Assembly (NCBI GenBank): GCA_002269645.1
Contig: NIVC01000960.1
Location: 1 to 26,974 of the forward strand
DNA length: 26,974 nt
Source: Macrostomum lignano
Taxonomy: Eukaryota
Direction of reading: 5' to 3'
Every line of letters begins with the position of its first letter. Positions within the stretch are counted from its first letter, which is position 1. Shown here in pieces: positions 20,660 to 26,974 of the stretch. The notes beneath the pieces were generated by a model that saw only the letters and a program-made list of their open reading frames with translations, was not told the DNA's origin and ran no database searches. The position numbers and the translations under genes are program-made.

Positions 20660-21620
20660 CCTCTCTCATCCTTTCCCCTCTTTCCCTGTCCTCTTGATTC
20701 TCTCCCCTCCCCTCCCCTCCTCTTCCTCACTCACTTCTCTCTCCCTTTGTCTCACCTCTCCTCTTTTCTCTCTACTCTTCCATCTCTCGTCTGTTCACTC
20801 TTGTTTCTGCTCTCTTATCTCCCCTCTCTCATCTGTCATTACTCTCTTATACTCGTGTGTTCTCTCACCTCTCTCCTCTGTACTCTTCTTTTTCCCCTCT
20901 TTTGACTCCTCTCTTTTCTTTCTCCTTTCTTCTCTTCTCTTCCCTCTTCTACTCTCTCCCTCTCTTGTCTTCTCTCTTCTCTCTCCACTCTCCTCTCTTC
21001 TCTCATATATCGTCTGTTCACTCTCACCTTTGCTCTCTCATCCCCCTTTCTCTTCTGTCATCTCTACTCTCCTCTCTCCTGTGTACTCTTCTCTTTCCCC
21101 TCTTGTATACTCTCTCCCCTCTATTCTCTTCTCCCGTCTCTCTGCACTCTGCTCTCTCTTCCTTCATCTCTCATCTCTACTCTTCTCATCTTTCCTTTCA
21201 TCTCTCCCATCTCTATAACCTCATCTCTTTCATCTCTCCTCCTCTTTCCTTTACTCTTCCCTTCCCTCTCTTCTCTCTCAACTCTCTTCTCACTCCACTC
21301 TCCCCCTCTTATCTACTCTCTTCCCTACCCTCTCTAATCTCTCCTCTCGATCCTCTCTCATCTTCTCTCTGTTCTCTCATCTCTACTCTCTTCTCACTCT
21401 TCTCTACTCTCCTCTCCCATCGATCCTCTGTCTCATCTCTCCCCTCTTCTCTCTCCCTCTTCTCACCTTTACTATTTCCTCTCCCTCCTCTTGCTTCTTC
21501 CTCCCATATACTCTGCTGTCTGCTCTCTCCTTACCCCTCGTCTCTCCTATTATCGTTTATCTTTTTTCTTACCCCCCTCTCGCCCCTCCTCCCTTTCTAA
21601 TAGTCTATTCCTTCTCCTTT
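20660..21620. repeat. ~1-kb CT-rich low-complexity polypyrimidine tract
   Basis: Near-exclusive C/T on the + strand; source of spurious S/L/F/P-rich ORFs. Confidence 0.93.
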
Positions 21621-22101
21621 CTCATCTGCCCGCACATAAGCTGGATACTGGATTCTTTATCTGCTTTTGAAGTAAAAGTCTGCCCATTCCTGCTTGGAAA
21701 GCCAGTTTGTGGGACGTAGTACTCTCATGGCTGTTCTCATGCTTTGATCATGTCATCTTTCTTGCCAATTTGCAGTCCTGAAAGGAATTTGTGTATTTTC
21801 AGCTCCACTGCAGTCTGCATCAGTCTAACTAACAACCAAGGAAATACGCATTTCTTAGGAGGACATTTAAAATTTAAAGTACTTTTAAGAGAAACCTAAA
21901 ATTTCCATGGTGTGACTAATTTAGTAGGGTTGTATTGCATTGCATCGCCTTTTCATAAATCTTTCGCTTTTACAAACCATGCTGGATTCCCTCGATTTGC
22001 CATCCACTGTTAAACTGCTGCAGAGTTTGCCAATACAGAGGACAGTGGTTAGAATTTCTCACTAAACTGTCATGGCTAAACGTAGCCTCTCCACTCGTGG
22101 G

Positions 22102-22958
22102 TAGGGATTCCAATCCCGGGATCCCGGGATTGGGGCCAAAAATCCGGGATTTGAATCCCGGGATTTTTTGGGGATCGAATCCTGGATTGCAAACGTCTGG
22201 GATCGGGATCCCGGGATTTCAAGGCCTTAATTCCGGGATTGGTCCGGGATTAGAACAACCTTTCAATGCCTAAATTAGATAATTTAAAGTCTAAACGTTT
22301 ATTTGAATAATAAAACATTTATTTGTTTTTGCTGTTTCTCAATGAAACATTAAACATTTGCAAAGCTCCTGTCCTAATTGAGCTAAAAATTGTTAATGTG
22401 AACTGTAAATGATGGATAATTTAAACTTTTTTTCGTTTTCCACCACGAGACGAGACTGAGACTCTGAGAGTCGCGAGAACATTACTACTGCACGCGGCAC
22501 GCCGCACAGTCCGTCATGTATTATAATTTAAATTTTAATATTTTGACAATTACCTACAAAGATTTTACTCTTGTTAGTTGTTACTTAGTCTTGTACTCGG
22601 GCATCTTGAAGTTTAGGTATTTAAAATATTCCAAATTGTGCAAAAATCATGAGATTGCACAGAGACATCTTTCTAGGATACAGTAACAAAAGTCAACAAT
22701 AAAAACTTACAAAATTTAGCTATATACCTAATCTTCAAGAGACCTTAGGGATTCCAATCCCGGGATCCCGGGATTGGGGCCAAAAATCCGGGATTTGAAT
22801 CCCGGGATTTTTTTGGGGATCAAATCCCGGGATTTTTAATCCCGGGATTTCAAAAGCACCGGGATTCCGGGATTTTGAATCCTGGGATTTCAACAGCATC
22901 GGGATTTCGGGACTATTCAATACCGGGATTGTAAAATGTCAGGATTTTGGAATCCCTA
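22102..22958. mobile_element. hAT-like non-autonomous DNA transposon (MITE), 857 bp, with an internal duplicate of its left end at 22746
   Basis: 12-bp perfect TIR TAGGGATTCCAA / TTGGAATCCCTA; 8-bp flanks CTCGTGGG versus CTTGCGGG (6/8); subterminal (C)CCGGGAT repeats; no ORF. Confidence 0.82.
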
Positions 22959-23674
22959 CTTGCGGGGGTACAGAGAAGGCTATTAAAAAGTTATTCCAAA
23001 GCACTGTACATTTGCTATGCTAAATGTATACCAGTATATGCTAAAAACAAAAAATGTCCCTAAAAATGTATCCCTAAAATTATTGGTTTTCATGAGTAGA
23101 GTTTCCTAAAAAAATGTTTTCATACAAAAAGTCTAAAAATATTACAAATATTTTTATTTTCACAAGGCTAGCACGATTCATGACCATCTGCTAATGTGCA
23201 ACAAATGTGCCAACATCAAACATGATAAAAAGTTTAAAATTATTGATTAGATTCAATACCACCACAAAATAAATGGGTTGAAAGCCATGTACATCAAACA
23301 GTTAGACTACCCTGAATGTACAACTGACAGCAGTGACAGGAAGGGGGGCTAGTACTATTCTTAGAATTTTTTGACTATTCTACAGCTACTTAAACCTTGT
23401 TTTTAAACTCTTGGCCCATAATTTCATTTTATTACCTTCAAATTATTACAAAATATTGTCACCTGATGATGCTGAAAGTTAGCCTACAGCAAAACGTGAT
23501 TGTGAATAAAATAAATAATATTTTGTCAAAGAATGCAAATGTTTGCAATTATATTATTATTTTTTGCATTCCTAAAGCGAAGTAGCATTCCTAAAATTTA
23601 AATCTGATTTGTTACCAAGTGGTTAAATTTTGTTACCCAAGCAAGGGCGAAGTGGCTCAGCCTCAGTGCTGGCT

Positions 23675-24212
23675 CCATAGTCCAGATCATATAGTATACG
23701 CCCGAAAATTCGGGCGTGCATTTGCTTTGCACGCCAAAGTTGGCGTGCATAATTGGCGTGCAATGGCACACGCACTAAAAGTTGGCGTGCATCACTCCTG
23801 AGAAAATAGTATGCGTGTACACCTGGCGTGCACTTTATAGAATCACGCGTAAGAGTTATTGTAAAGTACGTAAGAAAAAAGATGAAAAAAGTTCATTTTT
23901 AAGCGCAAATTTCAAGCTTTCCGGGCTTTTCTAGCTCGTAAAAGACTATTTAAACAAATTTTTGCGTGTATAAACTTTCCGCTATAATAATATCGCCAAG
24001 AAAGCTTTAAAAGCAACAAAATTATTTAATATTAGGGTCTATTACGCAATTTAAAAAGGTCTTTAATTGTCACAACGTAAAAAACGTCATTATTTATTGT
24101 CGCAACACCGGCATATTTTTGAGAATGGGCGTGCACTAAATTTTTTTCGGCGTGCATTTTGTAATTATTCAATTTTTGTTCGGGCGTGCACCCAGCATGA
24201 TCCGGACTATGG
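23675..24212. mobile_element. hAT-like MITE, 538 bp
   Basis: 16-bp TIR CCATAGTCCAGATCAT / ATGATCCGGACTATGG (1 mismatch); perfect 8-bp TSD TGCTGGCT (23667-23674 and 24213-24220); repeated subterminal GGCGTGCA. Confidence 0.92.
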
Positions 24213-25591
24213 TGCTGGCTGTTATTACGAAGTAGAGATTGCATTCATTATCATATAGGCCGACCATTGTACCAAAAAATTAATAAGCTGTAGATTACAC
24301 AGAATTATTCTGTCGCCGAATTTGTCCATATTGAGTCTGTCGCCGAATTTGTTTGGCGCTTGTCGCCGAATTGGTCAGTCAGCACCCATTTGGAAGCCGT
24401 GGCCGACGGACGGCAAAATTTTTACAGGAAATCCTAAACTAAAATGAATTTATATTTTCATATAAATTATTTTAATTTTTTTTAATAAATTGTTAATTAG
24501 TTATATTTTAAAGGTTCTAGTAGGTAATAAATTTCTTAAAAAAGGTTTGTTTTAATACCTTAGTTTCTAAATTTAAAAACTAAGTTTTTGTGTGTAGGGT
24601 GCTATTTTTTAAATATATGCTCACTGAAAACCGTGTTATCTGATTTCTCTACTATCCTGTCTATCTCTAATCAGTTTAATAATTTATTGCTTTTAAAAAA
24701 GGGAACCGCAACTGTCTATATTAAATATTTAGGGCCTAGCCTAAAAAGCTAGTGGCCTAGTATTTATTTAGTGGGGCAAGTGTTTTACAAGCCTAATATT
24801 TATAAATTTAAATTAGTTGCTCCCATTTTTCCCACAATGGACCCAAGAATGTAAGTTTGGTTTTTTACAGGTCTTTAGGCCTATAATAGGTCTAATAGTC
24901 TAGTATATTTTCCTATTTCTACAGTAGGGTGCTGAGTTCAATAAGACAAAATAATTTTTAACTATGTCCTATTGTAGCTTTTTTTATTGTTGGCAGTGCT
25001 TATCCCCATGGTACCATAGGAATAATTTCTGTCTTATTCCAATGGTACATACATGCGCAACCTCCAAAATTTGATCAGCCATGCAATTTATTTTGAACAA
25101 AAAATGCAACTTAGTTTTTGGCCAAAAATGTGACTTAAGTGTGAAAGAAACCCTAAAGCAAAATTAATGCAACTTTGGGTAAACAACAGGAGTAACCATG
25201 ACTGTATTGTAAAGGCAGAATGCCTCATTATCTACTTAGTACTACTTGGGTATTTATTCAGGTGCAGATTTTTGTGATTTACCTTGGTTGGCCACCAAAA
25301 TGGTTGGTCAGATTGGCTGACTCGGCCAACTGTTGCGCATGTATAAATGGTATTGTGGGAATAATTTTCTGCTTATCTATATGGCACACTGACAAGAAAG
25401 TTGCTCCTAGGGGCCTCTTTTATATATGCCATATATAAATAGTTTATAGCTTATTGAAAGGAAATTTAAATTGACAATAAGAAGCTATTGATATATAAAC
25501 TCAAATCCATATACTAAAAATGAAAATCAGTTCTAAATTATAAACACTTACTAAAGTAATTTACTTTAAATCATATTCATAACTCATAAGT

Positions 25592-25768
25592 TAGGGCTGG
25601 ATCTAGAAGAGGGGCCTAGGGGGCCATGGCCCCTCCCTTAGCCACGACCAAAAAAAATTTGGTTATACTTTTTTGGACTGCAACTATGCAGGTCTATTTT
25701 CCAATATTGGGTTATAGTGTTTGGTATAGTTTGGCCTACTCCTCAAAATTTTTCTGGATCCATGCCTG
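25592..25768. mobile_element. Short degenerate MITE (hAT-like), ~177 bp
   Basis: Imperfect TIR TAGGGCTGGATCTAGA / TCTGGATCCATGCCTG; 8-bp flanks TCATAAGT versus TTATAACT (6/8); GC-rich island in AT-rich DNA. Confidence 0.55.
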
Positions 25769-26974
25769 TTATAACTTCTCATAAGTTATTAAAAAAGCAA
25801 TGTCAATGCCAAAAAGTTTTTATTTGCCTCAGTGTAAAATAGACGGATATAACAGAAAATTTAAATTTTTTTCTAGCAGTAATTTCCGAAGACACTAATT
25901 CTTCTACTGCATTTAATAGAGGAACTTATAGGAATTCTTCACAGCACTTTATAATCTTTCCACATACATCCGCCGAGGAGCAGCAGCAATGTTAGCTTTT
26001 TAGTAGCGATACTACTTACATACTACTTATATAAAAAGTGGCTTTATTATGGCTTTTCTTAACTAAAAAGAAGATGTTTTACCATTGCAAATTAGTTTTG
26101 AAGGCAAAATAATACAAATAAATGTATGCTTTAGCTTATTGAGCTATAGCAATTGCAATCCCAATAATAGTGACCCCTTGAATGCACGTAACCTTGGTCT
26201 GCAATTCAAACTCCTCATAAAAATGAACTGAATTTCATAAGAAATTTGTGTTTATTTCCATTTGTAAGTTTAATAAGGCAACTTCACAATATACAATTTT
26301 AAGTAGCAATTTATTTTTAAATACTTCTTTACACTTGTTTACAGATATAAATGTTCATCGGTAACTTTATTCACAATATACAATTTTACAATAAGAGATA
26401 GGCTCAATCAAAAATATACAAGCAATAGTATCAACAATTATTTACCTATATGTTTTTACAGTTAAAAAGCAAAGCAGACAATATACAATGTATGTAAAGA
26501 CAATAAGCAAAATATATGCTAACTTCAGTCTTCAGTTGCAGCTACTCAACAAGCAATAATATTGGAAAAAAAAACAAGAGCTTTTAAATAAATTAAAGTA
26601 CACAAAAAAAACATTTTCATTATGTTTCATTAAAAAAACACAATCAAAACTTTATATATATTCATTAGTCTAAAAAATATAATCATTCAAAGTTGAAAAA
26701 ATGTACAATTTTAAGAATATGCTATCAAGTTCCAGTAGCAAAAAAGTCACAAAATTGGTGAATTTTTTAACCTTTGTCAATATATAAGGAAAAAAATGGT
26801 ATAAAAATATATATACTTTTTATTGTTGTGGAGTAAACAAATAAAAAAGATTTCAGAAAAAGCAATTAACTTTTAAATAATAGTCATTTGAAATTTAATT
26901 TTGCTTCTATTTTTGATGTGCATTTTTCACTTTTGAAAAATTCAAATGCAAACCACAAGAAAGATACATTAGAA

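Noticed and set aside
21620-22090. Moderately GC-balanced unique sequence that might be exonic
   Set aside because: The minus-strand frames I translated close within about 45 codons with no recognisable motif, and the ORF track lists nothing here on either strand.
24310-24375. Three copies of GTCGCCGAATT
   Set aside because: Probably a MITE end remnant, but no partner terminus or TSD was found.
26136-26227. Possible terminal exon on the - strand (..HFYEEFELQTKVTCIQGVTIIGIAIAIAQ*) and a U-rich, 3'UTR-like skew toward the window end
   Set aside because: Only about 30 codons, no recognisable family and no upstream exon in the window.

Overview
Eukaryotic (animal-type, spliceosomal-intron) genomic DNA with AT-rich intergenic sequence; the host species cannot be determined from the sequence. 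From left to right: (1) a full-length, GC-rich, TSD-flanked non-LTR retrotransposon (32-5781; LOA/R1-like; ORF1 plus APE-RT-RNaseH-CCHC ORF2) whose first nucleotide is the predicted cleavage site of an HDV-like ribozyme, and which probably lies in sense orientation in an intron of (2) PSMC3/Rpt5 (three 3' exons, + strand; 5' exons not in the window); (3) a single-exon CFAP418/C8orf37 CDS (-); (4) a complete 5-exon TOM1/TOM1L2-family gene (-), with an 18-bp perfect inverted repeat that can pair its last splice acceptor with the start of its 3'UTR; (5) a 5'-truncated Penelope-like GIY-YIG fragment with a minimal hammerhead ribozyme, lying between (TC)n tracts; (6) several hAT-like MITEs. Each coding-region intron carries its own, unrelated tandem repeat. 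All RNA structures were folded by eye and all protein assignments are from motif recognition; no searches were run.
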